Below, in pieces: positions 8,784 through 16,664 of a stretch of DNA of 64,000 nt. Source of the DNA: Opitutales bacterium (GTDB lineage: Bacteria; Verrucomicrobiota; Verrucomicrobiia; Opitutales; JABSRG01). Position 1 is the stretch's first letter; every line of letters starts with the position of its first letter. The stretch spans positions 2,786-66,785 of the forward strand of contig JBNPEH010000014.1 of NCBI GenBank assembly GCA_051117635.1. Reading direction: 5' to 3'. Under the pieces are notes generated by a model. It ran no database searches and had not been told where the DNA came from. It was given only the letters and a program-made list of their open reading frames with translations. The translations under genes and the position numbers were made by a program.

Positions 8784-10463
8784 TCAGCTTTCGGTTGACG
8801 GCGAGCCCAGCAGGCCATCCAGCTCAATCAGGATGGATTCCCGGCCTTCGACGAAGAGGAAGCGGTCGCTGGCCAGGGTGCGGTAGGCGGTTTCGAGCAG
8901 TTCCCGGGGAGGCCGCCGCATGGTCAGGAGCGTTTCCAGCCGTTCGGCCAGCCGGTTGGTGCGGCCGATAGCCAGTTCCAACCGGATCAGTTCGGTCAGG
9001 GCGGCCTGGTTGTCGGGATTGGCCCGGATGGCGGAGGCCAGCACCCGGTGTGCCTCGTCGTAATGCTCCAGATCCTTCAGGCGACGCGAGACGGCCAACA
9101 GGGTTTCCACCCGGAGGCCGGAGTTCTGAAGAAATTCCTTGAGATAGATCTCGCCCAAATCGTTCTGGCCTGCCCCGAAGTGGGCCACCGCCCGGAGGCT
9201 GCTGAAAATGGCGCTCTTTTCCTCGAGCCAGCGCGGCTTTTCCTTGAACAGTTCTTCGGCGAAGGTGATCGCCCCGGCGTAATCGCCGGCGACGACATGC
9301 GCCTCGATCAGGAGCAGTGCGAAGGTCGAGATATCGAACTCCTTCTCCAGCGCGTGGCCGTAGAGGCGCCGGGCCAGACTGACGTCGCCGGTGTCGGCGG
9401 CAAAATTGGCCAGGAGCTGGATGGCCAGTTCGTCGTTTGAGAACTGACGGATGACATTGTCGACCTCACGTTCCTTGCGATCCTCCTGACCGGAGTAATG
9501 GTGGGCGTAGATCAGCTCGATCCGCGGACCCGGCGAGAGCGGGCTGTTGATGGCCCGGAGTACGGCATACTGCCGGGCTTTGTCGTACTCTCCCCTTTCC
9601 CGAAAGAACCGGCTGAGCTGGATGTAGATGGGCTCGGCTTCGGGGAAGCGGTCAAGGGCGTTCTCCAGTTTATCGATGGCCAGCGTTTCCTGACCACGAT
9701 CCCAGCTGATCTGCGCCGAGAGCAGTACCCCGTCTATCTTGGATTCCAGGTTATAGCGCTGCAGGAACGCTTCCGCCTCGTCGAAATTACCGCGAAAATG
9801 GTAGGCACGGGCCGCGGCGAAAGCAATCAGATGGGCCAGATCCTCGCTTTCCGGGGCCGGGGTCAGCAACCGTTCTGCCACCGCGATCACCCCGGCATCA
9901 TTCTCGTGGTTGAGCATCAGGCTGAGGAGACGCCGGATGTAGGCCGCATTGCGCTCGTTGTAATCGATCCCCTGCCTCAGAAGATCGATGGCCAGATCCG
10001 GGCGCCGGATGCCGAATTCGTAGAACTCACTGAGAATCAGGCGGCCTTCGGTGTTTTCCGGAGACCGGACCAGACCGGTCCGCAGGAGGTGAAGCGCCCC
10101 GCGGAAATCCTGCTGCTCAATGGCCGTTTTGGCCTTTTCGATAAAGTAATCCCCCATCTCCTTACGGTGGGCCTCCTGCCGGAAGGGATAGGCCAGCATG
10201 TTCACATAGCTGGCTTCGTCGTAATTCCGCTTGTACTTGAAAAACAGAAGGAGCGCGAAAGCGCCGGCCAAGTAGACGATGAGGGCGGTTCCCGCCACGA
10301 CCAACCCGATTCGACCCCAGCGTAACCGGATCCGGACTTTCTGGCTGCTGAGACGCTCCTTTTCGGCGAAACCCAGCCAAATCGCTTTCCTGCCGGTAAC
10401 GCCCGGTTCTTTGGAATCGCGGTCCGGCGGGGGGGTGCTGTTCTGGGGAGCGTCTTCGGCCAT
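8784..10463 (-). CDS. Membrane-anchored TPR-repeat protein
   Basis: One N-terminal TM helix (IGLVVAGTALIVYLAGAFALLLFF) followed by repeated TPR-like A/Y/L-rich helical units. Divergent from the polysaccharide export genes. Confidence 0.7.
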   Translation of the reverse strand: MAEDAPQNSTPPPDRDSKEPGVTGRKAIWLGFAEKERLSSQKVRIRLRWGRIGLVVAGTALIVYLAGAFALLLFFKYKRNYDEASYVNMLAYPFRQEAHRKEMGDYFIEKAKTAIEQQDFRGALHLLRTGLVRSPENTEGRLILSEFYEFGIRRPDLAIDLLRQGIDYNERNAAYIRRLLSLMLNHENDAGVIAVAERLLTPAPESEDLAHLIAFAAARAYHFRGNFDEAEAFLQRYNLESKIDGVLLSAQISWDRGQETLAIDKLENALDRFPEAEPIYIQLSRFFRERGEYDKARQYAVLRAINSPLSPGPRIELIYAHHYSGQEDRKEREVDNVIRQFSNDELAIQLLANFAADTGDVSLARRLYGHALEKEFDISTFALLLIEAHVVAGDYAGAITFAEELFKEKPRWLEEKSAIFSSLRAVAHFGAGQNDLGEIYLKEFLQNSGLRVETLLAVSRRLKDLEHYDEAHRVLASAIRANPDNQAALTELIRLELAIGRTNRLAERLETLLTMRRPPRELLETAYRTLASDRFLFVEGRESILIELDGLLGSPSTES

Positions 10464-10660
10464 AGAGAAATTCAGGAACGGGGGTTGCTGGGGTAAGCTT
10501 TCCTGTCCGCCGACAGGTAATTCGTCGAAGGGAGGTTAAAGACTTGAAGTGCTTCCTTGGCTAGCCATAAAACCTATTGCTCCTTACAGCTTATCTGTTC
10601 GTTTCGCACTGGACTTTGCATCCGCTGTGGGCGACTTTCCTCACGCAACACTCTGTTTCT

Positions 10661-11794
10661 ATGAACCGCATTACCAGCTGCATCCTCCTGGCCGTCATCA
10701 TGATCCTGCCCGCGTCCGCGGCGCCCATGGTCTCCCTGGGAGACAACGTCAACCTCTTCTTCAACGGCTCGGCCGGTCTCCGCTATGAGTCCAATGTGGC
10801 TCTGGACGAGGAAAATGAACTGGATGACTTTATCTTCCGGTTCACCCCGGGCATTGAGGTGGCCATCGGCAAGCGCGGGACCACCCCGGCCAACATCACG
10901 GTGATCTTCCGGGAGGAAATCCTGCGGTACAACGACAACGATCGCCTGGATACCGAGAAATTCTCCGCCCAGCTCAACGGCTCCTTTGACGACCCGAAAC
11001 TGAGCGGGAAGTTCGACCTCGGTTTTCGGGAACAGCAGTCCAACACGCCTGAAGCCAATATCGTCGCCGACCTCGTCGAGTCGGATGTCACGACCGCGGG
11101 AGCCTCCGTCGAGTATAATTTCAGCCCGAAACTGTCCTTCGGCGGCGGGTTTGCCTACCGGGAACTGGAATATGTGACCTTCACCCAGCTGGCCGACACC
11201 GAATCCCTCACCATTCCGCTGAACGCCTATTACGAAATTTCGCCCAAGCTTGACGCAACGGGCGGTGTCCGCTGGCGCTTCTCCGACATCGAGGGTGGGT
11301 CGGATCCGGACGACCTGTTCGTCAACGTCGGTCTGCGTGGCGATCTGGCCCCCAAGGTTACGGGTGAAATTCGCGTCGGTTTTCAGGAGCGTGAATTCAC
11401 GGCTCGCCCCATCGCCGATGAAGACGGCCTGTCGATCGAGGGGAATGCCACCTGGGCCGCCACCCCCAAAGTTCAGGTCCGCGGCCTGATTGCGCGGGAC
11501 TTCACTATTTCCGGTACCGGTGAGACCATTGAGAAAACCGACCTGCTTGCCTCCGGCAACTACGTCTACAATGAGCTGATTTCGTTTACCGGCAGCCTCG
11601 GGTACACCAATTCCGACTACAATGTCAGCGGTCGCGAGGATGATATCATCCTGTTCAGCACCGGGGTGCAGTATAAGCCGAACGACTATGTCAGCCTGAA
11701 TGCTCAATACCGTTTCTCAGACAATGATTCGTCCCGTGCCGGCAGCAGCTACACAGCCCATGTGCTACGCTTTTCTGCCGCACTCCGGTACTGA
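10661..11794 (+). CDS. Outer-membrane beta-barrel protein associated with the polysaccharide export genes
   Basis: Signal peptide MNRITSCILLAVIMILPASAAP, alternating amphipathic beta-strand pattern, and C-terminal aromatic end ...FSAALRY. Start taken at ATG 10661. Confidence 0.7.
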   Translation: MNRITSCILLAVIMILPASAAPMVSLGDNVNLFFNGSAGLRYESNVALDEENELDDFIFRFTPGIEVAIGKRGTTPANITVIFREEILRYNDNDRLDTEKFSAQLNGSFDDPKLSGKFDLGFREQQSNTPEANIVADLVESDVTTAGASVEYNFSPKLSFGGGFAYRELEYVTFTQLADTESLTIPLNAYYEISPKLDATGGVRWRFSDIEGGSDPDDLFVNVGLRGDLAPKVTGEIRVGFQEREFTARPIADEDGLSIEGNATWAATPKVQVRGLIARDFTISGTGETIEKTDLLASGNYVYNELISFTGSLGYTNSDYNVSGREDDIILFSTGVQYKPNDYVSLNAQYRFSDNDSSRAGSSYTAHVLRFSAALRY

Positions 11795-11820
11795 GGGTCA
11801 CCAAGTCTTCTTTCACCAAA

Positions 11821-11852
11821 AATTCCCCGAAACTCCATCGGGGAATTTTTGT
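11821..11852 (+). terminator. Rho-independent terminator candidate after the OMP gene
   Basis: Perfect 10-bp stem aattccccga / tcggggaatt with a 7-nt loop, followed by a T-run (ttttgt). Confidence 0.7.
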
Positions 11853-11886
11853 CTTCCCAGGCCGTCTCTTCCGTCCTGATTCGATT

Positions 11887-12495
11887 ATGCGATTCAAAGC
11901 CATTGTACCCGTTCTTTGCCTGATCCTGCCGGTCCTTTCCGGTTTCGCTCAGGATGACACCGCCGCGGCTTTCGCGGATGTTGAGGTCAGCGGAAATTAC
12001 GTGCTCCGTCCCTCGGATCGCTTGGAATTCTCTGTTTTTCAGGAGCCGGATATGGCTCAGGAGATACAGATTCAGCAGGATGGGAGCATCAATCTGCCCC
12101 TCATCGGGCGGATCGAGGTGGGCGGTATGACCCTGGCCGATGCGCGGGAGGCGATCTATGACCTCTATAACCGGGATTATCTCGTGAATCCCCAGATCCG
12201 GCTGCGCGTTATCGAGTTTGCTCCCCAGTGGGTCAAGGTTTTGGGGCAGGTGAATTCGCCCGGCAATATTCCCATCCCCCCGGACCGGGACCTCACCCTC
12301 CTGGAAGCTGTCGGGGGAGCCAAGGGCTTCACCCGGATTGCCAATATGCGAACCGTGAAGCTGAAGCGGACGACCGAGGATGGCGAGGTCATCACCATGA
12401 CCATCGACGTCGAGGAAATCCTGAACAACGAGAAGATCAAAGACATTCCGGTGAAGGACGGGGACTCCATTTTTGTTGAAGAGCGTCGCTTCTAG
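11887..12495 (+). CDS. Polysaccharide export protein, Wza-like (Poly_export + SLBB)
   Basis: Signal peptide, then YVLRPSDRLEFSVFQEPD...DGSINLPLIGRIEVGGMTLADAREAI (Poly_export motif) and VLGQVNSPG (SLBB). Confidence 0.85.
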   Translation: MRFKAIVPVLCLILPVLSGFAQDDTAAAFADVEVSGNYVLRPSDRLEFSVFQEPDMAQEIQIQQDGSINLPLIGRIEVGGMTLADAREAIYDLYNRDYLVNPQIRLRVIEFAPQWVKVLGQVNSPGNIPIPPDRDLTLLEAVGGAKGFTRIANMRTVKLKRTTEDGEVITMTIDVEEILNNEKIKDIPVKDGDSIFVEERRF

Positions 12496-12515
12496 CTACG
12501 CCGGTTTTTGTTATC

Positions 12516-14762
12516 ATGAAAAGCAATCCTTACGGAGGCCGCGAACCCGAGGGCGGTGGATACTATTACGGCTACGGATACAATCAGGGATCCTATGGCG
12601 GGGGCTACGGTGGCTACGATGCCCAGCCCCATCGGTCTCTGAAGGACTACCTGCTGATTTTCCGTGAGCGGATCTGGTACTTCATCCTGACCTTTTTCAT
12701 CATTTTTGCGGGTGCGTTGATTTACACCTTCAACAAGACCCCGGTCTACACGGCGGCCGCCATGGTTCAGGTCCTGCGCGACGATCCCAACGTCATGCCC
12801 ACCGCGGATGTTGAGATGAATGAAATCCGCTCCGCCGAGGACCTCAACACCCAGATCAATCTGCTGGAGAGTGGGGCCATCATCGAGGCGGTCGAAAAAC
12901 GGCTGGTCGGGGAGGACCGCCGGCTGTTCATGGAGCCTTACGAGGATACCATCCGGTTGAGCGGCCCTTTGTCGCCCACGGAAATCCTGGCCCGCAACCG
13001 GGCGATCATTCCGCGTCGGCTCAGCCTCAACGTCCAGGTCGCCTACAGTCACCCCTATCCGGAAATCGCCGCGAAGGTGGCGAACCTGTTCGCCGACGAA
13101 TTCATCAATTATAACCTCAATCGAAATATCGACGCGTCCATGAAAGCCGTCGAGGATCTGAACGCGCGGGCCGAGCAGCAGCGTGCCAAGGTCGAGGAGC
13201 TCGAATTGCGGCTGTCGGAATACAAGGAACGGCACAATGCCATCTCGCTGGACAAGGAGGAGGATATCGCCAGCCAGGAATTGAGTCGCCTGAACGATAT
13301 CGTCGTTCAGTCCCGGAACACCTTCGACAACGCGAAAACCCGCTGGGATTTGATCCAGTCCTATCGGGACGAAGGCCGAGACCTTTGGGAGCTCGGTTTT
13401 ATCGCTCAGAAACCCCGGGTGAGCGAACTCCTCAGCCGGGTCTCGAGTCTTAAGATTCAGATTGCTTCCCTCTCCGAACGGTACCGGGCCAAGCACCCGA
13501 CCATGATCGAAGCGCAGCGCTCGCTCAATCAGGCCGAGGCCGAACTGGCCTCAACCATTCGAAGCTCCGTCGAGGAAGTGAAGGCCGACTACAATCAGGC
13601 CGAGGCTAACTTCAATCAGGCTCTGGCCACCCTCCGCCAGAAGGAGTCCGAGTTGATCGAGCTGGGAAAAACACGGGTCGAATACAACTCAATCCTGACT
13701 GACCTTCAGGTTCAGCGAAGCTTCTATCAGGCGATCAACAACCGTCTGGCCGAGCAGGTGACTCAAGTCAATCTTGTGCAGGCTTCCGCCCGGATCATCG
13801 ACCGCGCCCAACCGCCGGTGAATCCCTCCTCACCCCGCGTGAAACTCAACCTCGCCCTCGGTTTCGTGGGTGGGATTGCTTGTGGAATCGGCATGGTATT
13901 TCTGGTCGCTTTTGTCGATGACCGCGTGAAAACCGCCTTCGACATCGAGGGCGTCGTCGGGCTTCCGCTGGTCGGAATCGTGCCGCGGCTGCGGCGCATG
14001 GATGCCTCGGAAAAAGCCAAGGTGGTTGCTTCCAACGCCGATCGCCATACGACGGAAGCCTTCCGCTCGATCCACTCCACGCTGAAGCTGAACGATGACA
14101 GCAAGAATGCCAAAGTCATCCTCACGACCAGTACTGTTCCGGGTGAAGGTAAGTCCTTCATCAGTACCAACCTGGCCCTGACCTACGCCAACCATGGCGA
14201 GAAAACGCTGTTGTTTGACGGCGACCTCCGCCTGCCCAATATCGGCAAGTCCCTGCAGATCACGAAGCCTGGCGGCCTGGTGAAGTGCCTCGAGGAAAAC
14301 GGCAATATTCAGGACCACATCACGCGCGACTTCTTCCCCAATCTGGACGTGCTTCCGGCCGGTGCGAAGGCCAAGAATCCCACCCAGATCCTCAACAGTT
14401 CCAAGTTCGAGGCCCTGCTCGATGAACTGCGGAATCAGTACGATCGGATCATTATCGACTCCCCGCCTCTGGCCGCCGTCAGCGACGGATTGACCTTCCT
14501 TCCGCTGGTCGACGGCGTCGTGTACGTCATCAAGTTTAACACCGTGAAGCGGAAGACCGCCAAGGTGAATGTCCGCAGACTCTGGGAATCCAGCACCCCG
14601 GTCTTCGGAGCCGTCTTGAACAATATCAGCGCCAGTATCTCCAGTTACTACTACAGCCACTACTATGACCGTGGCTACAAGGACTACTACGTGGCCCGGG
14701 AAGATGAAGAGGCCCAGGAACAGGAGACGGTCACCGTCCCGACCGAGACCACCAAACGCTGA
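12516..14762 (+). CDS. Polysaccharide chain-length determinant / tyrosine autokinase, Wzc/GumC-like
   Basis: Wzz-type TM-coiled-coil-TM topology. C-terminal P-loop kinase domain with Walker A TSTVPGEGKSFISTNLA, IIIDSPP (Walker B) and a tyrosine-rich tail SSYYYSHYYDRGYKDYY. Confidence 0.9.
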   Translation: MKSNPYGGREPEGGGYYYGYGYNQGSYGGGYGGYDAQPHRSLKDYLLIFRERIWYFILTFFIIFAGALIYTFNKTPVYTAAAMVQVLRDDPNVMPTADVEMNEIRSAEDLNTQINLLESGAIIEAVEKRLVGEDRRLFMEPYEDTIRLSGPLSPTEILARNRAIIPRRLSLNVQVAYSHPYPEIAAKVANLFADEFINYNLNRNIDASMKAVEDLNARAEQQRAKVEELELRLSEYKERHNAISLDKEEDIASQELSRLNDIVVQSRNTFDNAKTRWDLIQSYRDEGRDLWELGFIAQKPRVSELLSRVSSLKIQIASLSERYRAKHPTMIEAQRSLNQAEAELASTIRSSVEEVKADYNQAEANFNQALATLRQKESELIELGKTRVEYNSILTDLQVQRSFYQAINNRLAEQVTQVNLVQASARIIDRAQPPVNPSSPRVKLNLALGFVGGIACGIGMVFLVAFVDDRVKTAFDIEGVVGLPLVGIVPRLRRMDASEKAKVVASNADRHTTEAFRSIHSTLKLNDDSKNAKVILTTSTVPGEGKSFISTNLALTYANHGEKTLLFDGDLRLPNIGKSLQITKPGGLVKCLEENGNIQDHITRDFFPNLDVLPAGAKAKNPTQILNSSKFEALLDELRNQYDRIIIDSPPLAAVSDGLTFLPLVDGVVYVIKFNTVKRKTAKVNVRRLWESSTPVFGAVLNNISASISSYYYSHYYDRGYKDYYVAREDEEAQEQETVTVPTETTKR

Positions 14763-14780
14763 TTTTTTCCGCCGGGTCGC

Positions 14781-15764
14781 TCAGCTTCCGGCGGATGCCC
14801 GTTCCAGGCGCTCAAGTACAGCATCGGCCTGCCCGCCTTCAGCGAGCGGGCGCTCCACCAGGATCCGGGCAAATCCCAGGGTGTCCACCTCGTGGAGCCT
14901 GGCATAGAGGTTCCGGGCGATCTCCGGAACCGAGCCCGAGCGGGAGAGGGCAAAATCGTTTCCGGTCCGGCTGACGTCCCCGTCACGCAGGAAAATGCGG
15001 GCATCGTCTTCTTTAACGGAAAACTGCAGCAGATCGACGGAAGCCAGCACCCGCAGCGGCGTGCGAGGCTGATAGTGCCGCTTGTGCTGACCGGGGGCCA
15101 GGGCTCCGGTCCCGGTAGCGAGCACCTCTTTTCCCCGCTGCACCGGCTGATTAAGCGTTTGTTCAAGGTCCTCGCAGGTGACCGATCCGGTGCGCAAGAG
15201 GTGAAACCGATTCTCGATCCGGGCTAAAATGGTGGATTCCAGGCCTTCCCGGCAGGGACCACCGTCTACAATGTAGTCGATGCGGTCGCCCAGCATGCGG
15301 AGCACATGCTCGGCCCGGGTCGGGCTGAGGTGGGTATAAGGATTGGCGCTGGGTGCGGCCAGGGGCGAGCCCACCAGCCGGATCAAGGTGCGCATGGCCG
15401 CATGGTCCGGGCAACGGACGGCCACGGTGTTCCGGCCCGCTGTAACCGCATCCGGAATAGCTTCCCGCTTCCGCAGAATCAGGGTAAGCGGACCCGGCCA
15501 GTATTGATCAATCAGGCGTTCAGCCCAATCGGGCGGACGGGAAACCACTCTTTCCAGATCTTCGGGATCGGCGACATGGACGATCAGGGGATTTCGACTC
15601 GGTCGTCCTTTAATCCGGTAGACAGCCTCGATGGCAGTCTCATCAAAAACGGGAGCTGCCAACCCGTAAACGGTTTCCGTGGGCACGGCCACGGGTTTGC
15701 CCCGTGCCAAATGGGCGGCCGCCTTTTTCAGATCTTCGGCGTCCGTCGTGAGGACTTCGGCCAT
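14781..15764 (-). CDS. tsaC: L-threonylcarbamoyladenylate synthase (YrdC + Sua5 domains)
   Basis: N-terminal KPVAVPTETVYGLAA and NPLIVHV YrdC motifs, with a C-terminal Sua5-type extension. 327 aa. Confidence 0.85.
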   Translation of the reverse strand: MAEVLTTDAEDLKKAAAHLARGKPVAVPTETVYGLAAPVFDETAIEAVYRIKGRPSRNPLIVHVADPEDLERVVSRPPDWAERLIDQYWPGPLTLILRKREAIPDAVTAGRNTVAVRCPDHAAMRTLIRLVGSPLAAPSANPYTHLSPTRAEHVLRMLGDRIDYIVDGGPCREGLESTILARIENRFHLLRTGSVTCEDLEQTLNQPVQRGKEVLATGTGALAPGQHKRHYQPRTPLRVLASVDLLQFSVKEDDARIFLRDGDVSRTGNDFALSRSGSVPEIARNLYARLHEVDTLGFARILVERPLAEGGQADAVLERLERASAGS

Positions 15765-15795
15765 CCGAACAAGGTGGGGACCGGTGGGCCCGCGG

Positions 15796-15990
15796 TTATT
15801 TCATCAGCAGCAGGCTGCGCGCCCGCTTGATCTGAAGCGAGATGTGGCGTTGCTGTTTGGCCGTCAACCCGGTGATGCGCCGGGGCAGGATTTTCCCGGT
15901 GTCCGTGACATAACGGGCGAGGATTTCCGTATCGAGGTACGTGAAATCCAAGGGGTTGAGCGAACGCTTTTCGGTTTGTGCGTCAGACAT
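15796..15990 (-). CDS. rpsR: 30S ribosomal protein S18 (short, 64 aa)
   Basis: [46 protein letters not shown] is the S18 signature region. Confidence 0.85.
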   Translation of the reverse strand: MSDAQTEKRSLNPLDFTYLDTEILARYVTDTGKILPRRITGLTAKQQRHISLQIKRARSLLLMK

Positions 15991-16081
15991 GAAATTCAGA
16001 AAAGTGGGTTAGCGAAACCGAGCAGTAAGTATTTCTTTGCATAGGGACACAAGTCCAAACAATCCTCCTTCCGGCTTCCGG

Positions 16082-16157
16082 GTCCCCATAGTTCAATTGG
16101 ATAGAACGGCCCTCTCCTAAAGGGCTAATCCGGGTTCGAGTCCCGGTGGGGGCACCA
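16082..16157 (+). tRNA. tRNA-Arg (anticodon CCU), CCA encoded
   Basis: Hand-folded cloverleaf. Acceptor GTCCCCA/TGGGGGC (one G-U pair), D arm GTTC-AATTGGATA-GAAC, anticodon arm GCCCT-CTCCTAA-AGGGC (anticodon CCT), T arm CCGGG-TTCGAGT-CCCGG, discriminator A and CCA. 76 nt. Confidence 0.9.
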
Positions 16158-16174
16158 GCCCCGGCCCGTTTCGT

Positions 16175-16663
16175 TTACGCGACCGGGACCGGCCGTTCCA
16201 CCTGTTGCCGCGGGGCTCCCTGCGGGCGGGCCGCTGCCGGAAGCGCCTGCCGGAGCGTGCCGGCCCAGGTGCGGAGATAAACAACCAGGTCCTCCCGGCA
16301 GTTTCGGCGGAGGTGGCGGAAGCCCCCCGGGAGGCGTTTCAGGACTTTGGGATCGGAAAGGTATTCGAGGCGTCGGATGTCGTTGGTGTTCAGCCCGATT
16401 TCGACGAGCCGGTCGATGACACCATCGAGCGGATTGCCGGTGATCGGGCAGTAGGGGGTGTAGTGCTCGGTTTGCTCGGTCCAGTTCCCCTGCCCGCGAA
16501 GGGCCCGCTGATGGATGTCACCGGGATGGAGACGGGTCACAGTCTGGGCGAGGTGGCCGCAGTTACATCGCCCCATGTGGCTCCAGCTGTAGGCGGCACC
16601 TTGTTCCAGCCGGTCGGCCGTTTCTTCCATTGCTTCAATCAACACCGGATTGGAAATAGCCAT
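16175..16663 (-). CDS. Hypothetical protein, tightly coupled to the molybdoenzyme genes
   Basis: 162-aa ORF starting 2 nt after the stop of the upstream Moco subunit. Contains HMGRCNCGH and YCP cysteine motifs. No family recognised by eye. Confidence 0.55.
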   Translation of the reverse strand: MAISNPVLIEAMEETADRLEQGAAYSWSHMGRCNCGHLAQTVTRLHPGDIHQRALRGQGNWTEQTEHYTPYCPITGNPLDGVIDRLVEIGLNTNDIRRLEYLSDPKVLKRLPGGFRHLRRNCREDLVVYLRTWAGTLRQALPAAARPQGAPRQQVERPVPVA

Positions 16664-16664
16664 A

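Noticed and set aside
10560-10660. Sigma-54 promoter-like strings upstream of the OMP/Wza/Wzc genes (TCGCACTGGACTTTGCA; TGGCTAGCC...TTGCT).
   Set aside because: The first has CG instead of the invariant GG and GG-to-GC spacing off by one. The second has far too long a spacer.
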